Shown here in pieces: positions 49,899 to 63,300 of a DNA stretch of 64,000 nucleotides (the first letter of the stretch is position 1; each line of letters begins with the position of its first letter). The translations under genes were made by a program, and so were the position numbers. The notes below the pieces were generated by a model. It did no database searches. It saw nothing but the letters and a program-made list of their open reading frames with translations, and was not told where the DNA came from. The DNA is from Lenisia limosa (Eukaryota; Protista; Breviatea), in contig LPNZ01008239.1 of the NCBI GenBank assembly GCA_001655205.1, positions 1 through 64,000 of the forward strand, in the 5' to 3' direction.

Positions 49899-51166
49899 AT
49901 GGAAGGGGACGCAACACCAGTCAAGCTTATTCTTCTTGGAGACTCTGCTGTTGGAAAGTCAAAGTTAGTTGATGAATTGACTATTTTCTCCTGTTTTGTT
50001 CGTTTTAGTCAAGGCGGTTTTAGTGTAATTATTGAATAACTTTTAAAGATTGGTGGAGAGGTACCTTATGGATGACTTCCATCCTCAACAACTCTCAACC
50101 TACGCTCTAACCCTGTTCCAACATGAGGCGGTTCTTTCAGATGGTACCAAAGTTCCTTTAAGTAGGAGGGAGGAGAGGAGGATGGGGATTGTGCTTGAAG
50201 GGATTCACTTTATCATTAATATGGAATTTGACCCATTAGATATTTGGGATACAGCTGGACAGGAAGTGTTCTCCAATATGCACCCGGCGTACTATGACAA
50301 AGCACATGTGTGTATTTTGGTAGGTAAACTCTTGTGAAAGCCATAGCAGTCCCAGCCTTCCTTTTTTTTCGTTCTTGTAATTATTAACAATTTTAGGCTT
50401 TTGATGTCACTCGTAAGAGCACATATAAGAACCTGACAAAATGGCACAAGGAGCTAACTGACCATCGACCTGATATCCCAATCATTGTTGTCGCTAACAA
50501 AGTTGATAGTGGGTTTTTTGCCAAATTTTTCTGCGTAATGGAGTTGATGGAAGGCAAAGTGATGCCTTTCCGAAACTTGATGTAGACCTTCCTACTGTTT
50601 TTTGTCTTGATATATCAATAATCATATGACCGATAAGAAGATCACACGAGGGTTTATCCTGAGTGTATCAGAGTATCATTGAGACTTGTTGTTCTATTTC
50701 CTACGAGTGGATATGAGGTATCCCTTCACTGCGTGGAAAAATGATTAATACGCGTGAAAATGATCCAAAAAGTAATAATAACTTTAATAAAAATGAAAAA
50801 ATATTGATAACCAACTTACTTTCTTTGAGCCTTTGCTTTTGATTACTTCTGCTCTTTTATTTCAGTTTTCATGTTTGTAATACCTCTCAGCCGACTATTC
50901 TGTTACAAGCAAGTCTTACAATTTCGCCACCAAGAGGAATCTACCCTTCCATTTTGTCTCAGCTGCTGATGGGACCAATGTTGTTAAAGTGGGTGTTTGT
51001 TTTTATATTTAGGGTGTTTGTTGCTAAAGTGGTGTTATAATGGGTCTTTGCTGTTGTCGTTCACCTCCCTCAGGTTTTTACTGAGGCTGTTAAACTGGGT
51101 AAAAAGTTCCAAGAACACGCTCCAAAGAACTTTGTTGCTGACGTAATGGACTTATTGGTGGGATGA
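49899..51166 (+). CDS. RABL2: Rab-like protein 2 (RABL2), cilia-associated GTPase
   Basis: VKLILLGDSAVGKSK|LVERYLMDDFHPQQLSTYALTLF..|DIWDTAGQEVFSNMHPAYYDKAHVCILV|FDVTRKSTYKNL..W..EL..RPDIPIIVVANKVD..YNFATKRNLPFHFVSAADGTNVVK|VF..DVMDLLVG*. Confidence 0.96.
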
Positions 51167-51706
51167 AGTAGACTTCATTGGTCATGGAACATGGACTTTT
51201 CTGACCTTCTCAGGACACTATTGACGACGAACTTGCTGAATAACTGCCAAGGCAGCGGTTGGGGGGAGAGCTATAGTATTGAGTGTTGGTATTGGGTTTA
51301 CCGTTGTACCTCAATTTTGATATGTGCTCTAATGCATGGGGTTCCGATTACAGAGGTTACTCCTATTATGACCAACTTATCACCATAGATGATATGTAAT
51401 ATTACCATAGATGATATGAATAACTTCATATTTACCCTGTTTCATCTATGAACTGATCTCTATTTCGCTTACAGCACCTTTTATGCATACGCACCGCACC
51501 TTTTTCTGACTCCTTTAGGTAGGCACTAAGGGTATTCCCACTCCATAGAAAGGTGTAAGAGAGGGAAGGGAATAATGACTTTTTCGATCAAACTCATTAC
51601 TTTTCTCATTTTGCTACATTCACTCATGTATATAAATAATTACTGACAAAACACAACAAAAATATTAAAAGATAATGTACAACAATAGAGAGGAGAGTAA
51701 GATAAC

Positions 51707-54700
51707 TTATTTTGCTTTAAATTTCTTGGAAATTGACCTTGAGGAACCCTAAAATTGTTAGAAAGTAATTTCAGGATTCTCGTTGAATCAAATGTATTCA
51801 CCCTATCTGAAAATAGAAACTCACCTTATATTGGTAAATACCCATAATGGTATGAGCATATTCGTACAGCTCTGGTCGTAAACTATTGAGTTAGGAACAA
51901 CCTTCATCCATGCCAAAGGCTTCTTTTCTCACTCTTTTCCAAAGTACAGCCCCACCTGATAACGATGAATTGAGCCTGAGACTTGGCTGCATGCTTGGTC
52001 ATAAACTTTGCTACTCGGTTCACTGCCCGTGTGTCCTGAATATTAGTGTATAAGTCTTCATTTCAAGAGAAAAACTGATGTACATGTCAAAAACAATCCT
52101 CTCTAATGGTTGACTACTTCTCTCTCACCAAAGAAGCGTCAATTTCATCAAACAAATACAAAGGTGACGGGTAAGATGTTTGGAAGGAGAGAGAAAGCGA
52201 AAGGGCGGAGAGTGCTTTTTCACCTCCCGACAGCTGGTTGAACAGCTTCCATGTTCTTTCCGGCTTGATCTAGATGGAATTACTGCAGTGAAGTCTTTAT
52301 TGAAACTAATCTTCATATAGATCCGGCGGTCTTTGTACAATAAAGAGAGACAGAACAGAAAAAGACAGAAGTTAGAAAGAGTTGTTACCTTCTTGCTTTA
52401 TTACCCTCTCACATGGAATGAGATTCCTTCACGAAAAGCAACATAAGGGTCAGGTGACATGTGCAAAAAGGAGTCGCCAATTGTGGTGACTAAAGCGTAA
52501 AACCGAGCGTGCTCAGACTCCACAGAATAATGATCTTCCTACGCTCTTTAAATATCTTCGAAAGATTGGCATTTACCGTCTTAAGAGACTGTTGGAGATG
52601 GAAGTACCTTGATTGACCAAGTTGAGAAAACTCATCTTTTAATCCATCAACCATTACGACCAAAGTAAAAAAACCTTGCTTTTTATATTTGATTTGAATA
52701 TTTACGTTCTGCTCTTCTAGCTGTTGATCAAGCTTTTGAGCTATCATGACCTGATGGTAATAAGTAAGGGAGTAAGGAAATGGAACAACGCTGATAATTT
52801 TGACATCATTATTACCTTTTCAAAGTCAATATCTTCTTTCATTTTCTCTACCACAGCTTCTTCGTTTTCAATCCAATATCTAGTTATCTCCAAATAGGAA
52901 CCTTTTTTCGTTAAGTTGCTCAATAACCTGTTCGTTTTCAAACAAATAGTCCTCTACTTGGTTACATTCATTGAAGAACAGAATTTCATTTTCCTAAAGT
53001 AGTTAGCAACAAAAGCACTTAATGTAAATCAAAACGTGGTTGGACTGACCTTTAAGCAGTCAATTTTTTGAAGTAATTCTGACACTGACGAATTTGAGGA
53101 AGCTTCCTCATCATCAAGTTGAACTTTTGGAATCAGAGGAGTTATCTGCGTAATGGACTTGTTTATCGAATGAAGGTTTATAAAAAACAGTTTGAACATG
53201 TTTTTGAATTGGAGCTATCTTTCCTTTTTTGCTTGATATCGAAAGCTCTTGATTGGATTTCTAAACGCAGTAAGGTCCATAAATTCATCACAAAGCATGA
53301 CTGTATTGAAACCAACTTCATGGAGTAAACTCCTCTGTTTAGTTTTCAAATCATTTAGGTCTTCTAATGATTTGTCCATAACATCCCTGTTTGATTGCTG
53401 CTTGAGAATCAATTCTTTCAATGACTTTTCGCTAGTTAAGAGAAACAAAAACCATTTAGTTTTCAAATCCAAGAGCTTCTTTTGTTTTTCGTTAACTTGT
53501 TCCTTTTTACTTTTAATTTTCAAGAGCTAAACATGAAAAACCCCTCTTTTCACAAACCTTTTTCGTATTCTTTTTCTTGGCCTGTTTAAAGTTAATCAAT
53601 TGAGACTTCTTTTCTTGGAGAGTTGTACAAATTAAAACGACTTATAAACTGTGATGATTGAAGACTTGCTTGTAATTTCAACAAGATATCTTTGTTTGGA
53701 GGACCATATGTTTCAAGAATGTGGTTGAAGCCTCCACTCATAGCCTTTGGTTAACATTAAATCTTACCTTTTGATCTTTAATATTTGCCTTCAAATCACT
53801 CAGTTTTTGCTCCAAAGTACTGTTTTTCTTTTTCATATTTTCAGCTGAACTTTTAAACACAAACAGTCCAATAATTGTGTCTTCCATCACATTCTCTCTC
53901 ACCTTCTTCAGATTTCTGAACGACAAGCTTTTCTTGACGTCTTATGGACTCAAATGACCCTTTGATGGCCTACACTGTGAAAATATATATTCTATGTTGG
54001 TTCTGGAAGTTGGTTCAGTAAATACAATTTGTATTTCATCCTGAAGTCACCCTTAGTATTAAGATTTTTACAGCAAGTAATATCCAGAATTAATTCATTC
54101 ATAGCACATAAAATGGGGCTTATAATCAGAGATATGAAGAATATGTTGGAAAAATAATAGCTTTCAAGTAGGAAAATAGGCGACTATTATTTTTGTCATA
54201 ATTGGAACCAGTTTGCACCCCCTTGAAAATAGGGTAATTCATTCCTGTTTAAATAAACTATTGACAACAAATATACGTATACTGCGGTGCACTTTGTGTG
54301 CAACCTGATTCAAATTTGGAATTGTAACAAGAAGGCTATTTCAGGCACTTTAACTTCAATCTTAAAATGAATTGCAGAGTCCTAATAAAACGGTTTATAC
54401 TCTGTTATTCTGTAACTAAAAGTATTGCAACTACAAAAATAAGTACAGACTATGTTGTTGTATGAAATGTATATAAGGCACAATAAATGATGAGTCTCTT
54501 ATCACAAACAATAACTGTTCACACCCAATTGTCGGGATGAATCGGATTTTTTTTCTCTTATCAAACCGAAAATAGTTTGAACAATCCTAAATGCTACGGT
54601 GACACATATCCCATTTACTTTCTTTGAAGAGTTGATCTTTCTCGTGATTTCTTGTTTCTTCTTTGACCATCTCTGAGAGATACACTCATTTTTAGCCAAA

Positions 54701-57700
54701 TTTTTCTTTAGGCCACTTTGTTTCCTAAAGGATAAGCTGGAAACAATTAATGATAAACATTTCAGATAATAATAATATTATGATATATTAGTAGATCAAA
54801 CTAGTATAATATACTTAAACTAGTATTCTGTTCAAATGAACATATCACTTATGACCATAATCAACTTGGGTAATAATACTATATGTAATAGTAATGATTA
54901 TCATAATAATTAAAATGATAATAACGTAAGTAAATATCCGTTTTGGCTCACTCTTGTATTATGTTTAGGTCATTTTTAAATCTTCCTATTTTGACTTTCA
55001 TTTCAACAAGATCGGTTGTTGAGAGTCGCAATCCATCTGTTATCCAAAACCTAGAGAAACTCAAGAAAGAAATGAAAACAGGAAAAAGTTAGACATATTA
55101 TCGTGATTTGTGATACCCTAATTCAGCAATGACTATGCTTGACACCAACCGTGAAGTTATCATATTCGGAGACTGTGATCCTATTTCACCATTTTGAAGA
55201 AACATCTGGATAGATGAGTAGTGCAAGAAACACACAAAACAAATAACACAACACTCACTTTGCCTGTCTGATCTACTATGTTGTAGGAAAGTAAGGATGA
55301 ATTTGGGATATAATCGTCTTTTTCGCAAAACTGCCATCTTCCAAGCAATTGGATAAATGCCTGAATTAATCATAAACGTGCTTGTATAAAAACCCTGATA
55401 CTCTCCAACACAAACAAACCGGTAGGATGTCCTTCGAACAAGTAATGCAATCAATAAGCGGTTTCATATCCGTGCTGCAACGCTTGTATTGCTTGCATTC
55501 GGATGTAATTAAACACGTCACTGGTGTCTTGATGCGTCTTTCTTCCACGATGGAAAGTACCACATTTGATGCTTCTCTTGATGCAACTAACACTGAAGGA
55601 GATAAATTGCTTTTGATAATTCCAATTCTTCACGTTTTCCTTAATCCTCACCAGTTGTTTCTAACTTTCCTTGTAAAACAGAATTGACAGCCAAACTGTA
55701 CTTTTTATCGACCAATGTAGCTATTGAGTGAGATAAAGTTTGATAATGGTTTATTAAGGGTTATATACAAGGTTATTATTACCTTGAGTTGACAGTATGC
55801 CAAAAACTTCAGAAGATTTCTGTTTTGCATCAGCAACAATAGTTTCAATTTCGGTCTCTGTCTACAGTTACTAAGTGAAATAACATTTCCAAAGATCAGT
55901 GAGTTGAGATCTGAAAGACACTTAACAATACTTTCCTCTCTAAACAATGTAAAAAGATACTCCGGAACACCATCTCACTCTCTTTCTTTCAGTAGCATTT
56001 CATCTTTTGTTAAGTTAATCTGGGCACCAATTACATTGTACCTAAACATGTCAAAAAGTCCCCGCATCAAAGAAGATAAACAATTCTAATAGTTCTCTCA
56101 CTGGGTTTGCGCTTCTGAAAAGTCCTCTTGATGGACCTCTTGTGCTTTTTTATGATCATTAATAGCTAAGTTTAGTACCTCAATTGATTTTTCTGCATCA
56201 TTTATCGAATAAATGTTTTAAAACAACTTCTTTGTGAATTTTGCTGATAATATCTTGATTTTGGACAAGTAATCTCTGCATTTTTGACAGTCTGAAACGT
56301 GACAAAAGGTTAACCTACTCTGTTTCGGTGATTAAAAGGCTTTCAGATCTAAATATTGAGAAATTTTAAGTAAATCCCACTTTGAAGCATCATTTCTTAA
56401 AGATAACCCAATTGAAGCAGCAACTGAACCGGTAAAAGAATTATTTTCAATAATGGATGCCTCAGCTTTCCCTATTTCACTTTCCTATGTTGAGGTTAAT
56501 GGTTAATAAATGGACTAAGATTTTAAACCTACAAAATCAAATGCAAATGACTGGTTTTTTTCGGCAGCTTTCTCAACTTCTATTATTGCGTTGGCAATCA
56601 TCTTTTGATTCTAGACAATAAGAGTTTTGTCTAAAACCTCAGCTTCATTGTCATTTTCAAATGTCATCTTTTCTGTCAAGGTTAGCATTTCATGATTAAA
56701 TCCTCTTAATTCTTTTTCAACGAGAGATGCTTCTTTCTGTAAAATTAAATATCAAATGGACACACCTTCAATTGAGCAATTTCAGTGGAATTTAATAAAC
56801 TGGTTTGATACTCCATTTGAATTAACTTGTCAGTCTTTTCTATTTGTTGAGAAATTGATTTTTCTTCATTTTCCTGTAATTTGAGTGTATTACTCAATTT
56901 TTCCAAATCTTCATTTAGTAAGCTTATATGATTGGTGAATTTGCCAGATTTATTTTCAAGAAGTTTAAGAATCTGATTAGTTTTAACCTTCAAACTGCAG
57001 TGAGCACCATTCTTGAAAGTAGGTAATGATCATGCTTTTCTTGATTGAGAATATCAGATCGTTGTTCATATCAAATTAGTAAAGATCATAAACTGAACAT
57101 GCTTCTCTATTACATCATCATAAATTGCTCTTTTCAGTTGACAATTCAAGTTAACCAAAAAAAAATACTTGATGTTCAATTTCTAAATCATCAACTTCTT
57201 GTTGTACCTCTAAAAGAGCTGTTTGATATGTGGTCATCTTCTCTCTTATTTGACCATTACCTGAAAGAGTGAGAGTGCTTTCTATGAGAAAATGGAATCA
57301 ATAATAAAAATGTGTAGAAATCACAGAGATGCAATAATAGAATGGTTCTTTTGTCACAATATTTGATTGTGTCTGTTGAACTAAAAGAAAGTGTTACACA
57401 TACCAATCACGTTTTCAACCCAATGGAGAAGATCCACGGGGCCTTTTGCAATGAGAAGAGTTGAGTGCTGTTGTATAATGCACCTTTCAGGGTATTCAAG
57501 ATTGAGGTTGAAGCGATACAGTAGTAATGAAAAGAGCTCTGCAGTTTTAGTACTTATCATTAGCACAAACGCAAATACAATATCAAATCAGCACAAAATA
57601 CATCGATTCATACTTACCTTGTTTTGTAATCTTTTTGCCAGGGTGAATACCTTGACTGAAAGGAATGATGACTCTAGAGAATAAATGGGGTTGATTTTGA

Positions 57701-58253
57701 GCTATCTTACTCTGATTGGTATTCTTCTTCAAAGCAATAGTAAGATGAAAATGTTTTTGTGACGTAACGAGTAATTTTCAATAGATTTGATCTGAAAAAA
57801 ATCACAACAAAAGATTTCAAACTTTTGCGGGCTGACGGTGTGAAAGTTGAGACATACAGCAGCAAATGACTTGTTTGACTTAACAGAATCTTCATTCAAA
57901 AGCGACTGGACATTGTTTCCTCTGATTGATGCGGCTGAAAAGCCAAAAACAAAGCAGACAGCTAAGTTCATAAAATAGGGGAAACATACAGTATTTGGCT
58001 ATTTGAAAAACCAAGCTCACCATCAAAAACAGTAGATTTACCTGTTCCATTTGGGCCAATAACAGCAGAAAAATTCTCATCAAATACGCCCTACAGAAAT
58101 AATAAAGTGGAATAAAACATATAGAAATTTAGGAAGAGGACAAAAAGTAAGACGACCACCAAGGAACCTTACAATTAATTCAGGGTCTCTGAAGCACTTA
58201 AATCCTTGGAGTTCAATGCTTTCCAGAACCAGTCTTTCTGTTTTGGCAACCAT
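51707..58253 (-). CDS. SMC ATPase, SMC4-like but highly divergent
   Basis: N-lobe LVLESIELQGFKCF..FDENFSAVIGPNGTGKSTVFDG..FVFGFSAASIRG (Walker A at 58034-58057); long coiled coils and a hinge-like region near 55100-55600; C-lobe EGISFHIKPERTWKLFNQLSGGEKALSALSL..PSPLYLFDEIDASLD..AQFIVISHR..MGIYQYK. A possible N-terminal extension reaches about 58743. Confidence 0.9.
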
Positions 58254-59035
58254 CTTAACAAGAGTCAATCTCAATTGCAATCTGCATCATCACACAACTG
58301 TCCTTTTTCTTTATTTTTTATTCCTTGATCCTGGAGAGTCGGGAAATCCAAGGGGAATCTCAACAAAGTTTTTCCCCTCTTGTTCCCAGCTCACCTTTGA
58401 TAGTTTCTTTTCAGCTTCTGCTCCTCCTCGTGGATCAGGATCAGGATTAGTGAGTCGTGAAGATGTCAGCTGTCCCGTTTGTTGTATTATTATTAAGTTA
58501 TTGAGTGAGTTATATCAATGAAAAAAAAACACTGTTGTTGGGGAACAATGTTGGTGGAGCATCAATCAAATGAGACAGAAAAGTTACGCCGCCGTATGGA
58601 ATTGAGAGGAACGCTGCGGCACGGCAACGGGAGATGAGAGCTGGATAATGAGAGGTGGATGGGAGCTACGCTAGACGGAGGGAGAGACAGAGGAGGAGTT
58701 GGTGACGAGTTGCAGAGGAATTGAAAATCTAAAGGATTCATCCGCCGCCGGATTTCTATAGGCGAGCGTACGAGCACGCAAATCGCACGCAAACACACAA
58801 AACGAAAAAAAAGAAAGTTGGAAAGTTTGTCTAGAGTTCAGCATTTCAAGTTCAAGTTCAAGTTCAGCAGTCCAGCGCCATCATACATACATTTATAATA
58901 TTTAAACGATGAAACGATGAATATGCGATGAATATCTATCTACCTCTCTTCTATCCACTAGGTGTCCACTAGTGATCCACAACTAAAAAAACAAAAGAAC
59001 AGCAATAATCTGAACCCTTTCTTCAGAGACTAAAT

Positions 59036-60240
59036 ATGGGTTTGCCCGCTTTAATCTCTTCTTGATAACTCCTTTAGAATCGTCATCTCAAAAGTAGGCT
59101 TGATAGATACTTTGGCATCATTATCAACCTGTATATATTTATATGACTAGACTTGAGGATTTATTCCAAAAGGACCTTGTCAAGTACTGCGATTTGGTAC
59201 AACGAGAAGAGAACCTGTTTGCTGTTGTTTCTAACTTAGGGGAGTGGCCATTCAAGAGATTGGAGTTCTTGGGTGGACTGGTGGTTATGCTGCTCAATGT
59301 TTGCTTGGGATTCAGAGGTTTATGCATAATTTTTCTTTGGGCTCATCAACGCAGCGTATACGAATAGAAGTGGTACGCTGTCAAAAATTATCAACTTGGT
59401 CAATAATGAAGCTTATCCTATCCACCTACAACTTGTTGGTGGGGTTCTGTATGGGGCCTTCAATTTTCCCTCCTTTTCATTCCAACAATAACCCATTCTA
59501 GACAGCTATTCAGTGTTTGACAACTTTGGTCCGAAACCACAGACCAAACCAAGGTGAGATGAGGATGACTGATAGTAACTACTTTTTCTATTTCTGATTT
59601 CAAAAAGTGACGCTAATTCCTCACCTCTAGAATTAGCAAAGTCCTCTGGGCTAATAGGGAATCTTGCTGCTCTCCTCGAATCTCAGCATGAAGAGACAGT
59701 TTGCTTGAGCTACTTCATTCCTCATACTTGTGAAAATTGTGACAAGTTAAATATTTTGATCGAATAATATTATCTTTTAGAGAAAATGGGGTGCCCATTG
59801 CCTTCTCTTTACAATTAGTGGGAACAGTTCCTGTCAAGCCACTGCGATGAAAGTGCCCAATTTGAAAGTATGTGTTTCAATTGTATTTTCAGTTTCAAGG
59901 CCTATGAATACCCTTTTCCAGATGTGATAAGATAAAATCACACTAAAAAAAATGACCTTTCCAAACAGTCCTTTGGTGTATAGTTGCACATATCTACTCG
60001 TCTCAGCCCTCGTGAATGGTCTTGAATTATTTTATTTAATTATTTATGGATGCTCAGAGGGAGGAACGAGGCTCATTACATTTTTGGTGATCCTTTGTCT
60101 TAGTTTATTCATTATAGTAGTTGTGTTAAAACTCCTCTTATTTCTTGTAGCGATTACTCACTGATGTGTCTCGAGATGACTGGTACTATTGGACTGTAAA
60201 CGACGCATATGAGATCCAAAAGCTCCTCCAATGGGCTTAA
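59036..60240 (+). CDS. Armadillo-like helical domain protein, ARMH2-like
   Basis: M|ESSSQK|LEDLFQKDLVK|GVAIQEIGVLGWTGGYAAQ|..LQL|TAIQCLTTLVRNHRPNQ|ELAKSSGLIGNLAALL..|RKWGAHCLLFTISGNSSCQ..|RLLTDVSRDDWYYWTVNDAYEIQKLLQWA*. Recalls the ARMH2 motifs A.Q.IG.L..TGG, KFW..Y.L, and L....W..W..N.A. Match is from memory. Confidence 0.65.
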
Positions 60241-60398
60241 TACCATTGGGCTTCATCTATGGATGGATTTGCCTTGAACAGGAAATAATGGTGTCCTGTT
60301 GTTTCTCTTGTATTGGGAACATTAAATAGATGAATCAATACAAGTAACTTACAACCAAACTACACACTATACAATACCTAAATTATTACATCATTAAC

Positions 60399-63300
60399 TC
60401 ATTGGGGGATAATTGGTCGAAGTTTCCAGGGCCTTGGCTGTTCAGAGCATTCTCGAACTTTGAGCAAGTGTCCAACACACACTCCAGTTCATCATAGAGC
60501 TTATCTCTCTCATCTGGATAATTAGCGGCCAATTACATGTGTTAAGGGTAAATACAAGTTCACTCACTAGCAATAGCGATGACTTCGGCTTCGAGAGCGG
60601 TCACCTGGAGGGTAAGTTTTTTTTACAATGCGATTTGGAATAATGATTCAATTAGATAACACAATGCATGTTGCTATTGATTATGTCCATTCACATCTGT
60701 CCCAAAAAAAAGACAGAATTACTTAATATCGATATTATAGTATAGGTGAAAACTGATTAAGAGATGTTTATGATACCTGAGCTCGAAGAGGCGCCACTTC
60801 TCCAGCAGTAGCCCGCAAAAGGGACGACTCTGCCTCTAATGAGTTCACGGCTCGTTGTGAGACTGCTGCAACTTCCTGAAAGAATAGTAGATAAAAGAAA
60901 TATCAGAAGCAGCTAACCTCAGTATTCATCACAGAATGCCTCAGTTCTCCAGCCTCATCCAGTAATAAACTTGCCTTCTTTCGACTATCGTCAATTTCCT
61001 GAGTCAACTCTTCGTTATCACCTTCCAATTTCGAAACCCTGTCAGTTAAGTGTTGAATCTGATTATCTTTGATATTGAGGGAAAACTGGTTAACGAAACA
61101 AGGAACTTCTGACTCCTCAGCTGAAGACGACAATTGGAGTTGTAACTGTGAAAGAGCGGCCTTCAGGCAATTGTTTTCTTCAGCCAGTTCCTTGAGAGTA
61201 TTTTTTGACTAATAAACACTAAATAAAAACGTTTTCGAGCTGATCTGTTACAGCTTGAACAATTTCTTCCATTTTTGAAATCTCCAATTCATGAGTCTCG
61301 TTTGTGGTTCTTAGAAGTGATGGTTTTGTTCAAATAGCTTACTGTTGGATTGATTTGGAAACTTGTTCAACTTCTCGCAGTCGTGACAACAAGCTTGCTT
61401 CCGCTTCTTGATGTTGAACAACCAATTCTGTCTAAAAAAAATATAAAAACAAACTAAACACCTCCTGAATACAATAAAACACGAGAGCCCAAAACCTTCT
61501 CATAACGGAACTCTTCAAAAAGTGCCTCCTTTTGTTCAATGGCTAAATTCTGATGAAGATAAACTCAGAAAAGAGGTAACTCTCACCTTTAAGTTGTTAA
61601 TAGTTTGTTTCATTTCCTCATTTTCTGTCTGAGCATTATCGAGCTTTGCTTGAATTGAGTTTAAGGCGTTCTAAAGAATTTTAAACATTGAGCACATGTT
61701 ATGTATAATTGACATAATCTAAATAAATGCTTCCTACCTGAAGCTTGAAGGATTTTTCGGTTTCCTCTGAAAGCAACGATTCTTGGTTTGTCATATTTTT
61801 TGAATATTGCTCATCTGAAGAAACAATCTTTGTTTTAAGGGTTGAAACATGCGTTTCATAGTGTTGTTCTGCGAGGTTAAAGGTGTGTCACATGTTCAAA
61901 TAAGCGAGGTGGAATCCCAACCAACTCATTTCTTCACTTCTAAGGGCTGCAGCTTGCTTTTCAGCCTCAAGCTCTTCGGTGTGAATAGTTCTGAGATCAT
62001 CGATAAGGGAGAGGGACTCGGACAGCTGTTGTTCATTGGACTTTCGCTGGTTGTGCTCTTCCTTGAGAGCCTGTGTTTTGGCTTTGAGACTCTCGCGAAT
62101 GATCTGAACATCTTGCTTGATGGTCTCAATCACCTAAAATGTGAGAAACTATTGACAGGGAGATTCCATAAAAGTCAAAAACAACGGTTTTTTCACCAGT
62201 TCATAGTTTAGGGGGTCCACTACAAAAAACCTACCTTTTCCTTCGTCTTGACATCCACAAGTAACAGGGCATTGCGCTCATTAACTACACTTAAGGAATT
62301 TTTCAGCTCATTTAGATCATGGCTTATTTTTTCTAAGGCCTCTGTCTTTGTGTCTGCCCTTTGCTTGTGGCGTATAATGTCTATCTCGAGCTGTGACTTC
62401 TGGAAAAGGTAAATACAACCCAATTCAAAATAGATGAAATAAGGTAAGTCACCCACTTCTTTTTGAAATATTGACTTTACTTCTTCGATTTTAATAGCGT
62501 TCAAAGTATCTTTTGAAGTCAAGGCATCCTAAATAATTGGATAAACAAGGCTAGCCAAAAAAGTAAAAATGTATTTTTGACTCCCCGGAAGGTGACCAAC
62601 CGAATACTCTATTCCAGCTGTTTTGAGTTCAGATTTAAGCTTTTGGATCTCTATTGAATGATCAAGAACAAGCTGCTTCTTTTGGGTTTCTTCATCATAG
62701 GTCAACTGCTTCTTATGAGACTCAAAATCATAAAAGAGGTCCTTTTTCTGCGTTTCTAAGTCAGCAATGATAATGTCTTTCTCCATGACAAGCATCGTCT
62801 TTTGAGACTCAAGTTCGTTTTGAAGCTCCTTCTTTTGTGCTTCAAAAGTGGAAATAATACTTGTTTTCTCTTTCGAGAATCAGGTTAATAGCAAAAACAA
62901 ACTCGAGTTTTAAGGTATTTATTTCCTCTTTAGATTTGGTAAGGTTGTTGTCGAGGGCGTTTTTGACTTCTTTAAGAAGGGAAGAAACCTAAAGAGTAAA
63001 TTAATAAGAATTACTCATAATCAGCGAAAAACATTAAGGGCATACTTGCTGGAATGACTCTTGCGCTTGAGCAACTTCTTCTGACAGCTGCGTTACCTGC
63101 TGCTGAGACTCCTCATATTCATCCTAAAAACAATAAACCAAAAAGATACGTAAACCAACAGATTTCTGCTCAAGTTTGTCTTGCTTGTCTTGAAGATTCA
63201 ATTGGCAGGATTCAATTTCGACAGCTAATTCTAAGAGACTATTAGCTATGCTCAAAAAAAGGTCTTGTATTGGATTTAAGGTTTAACCTGAATTGGTGGT

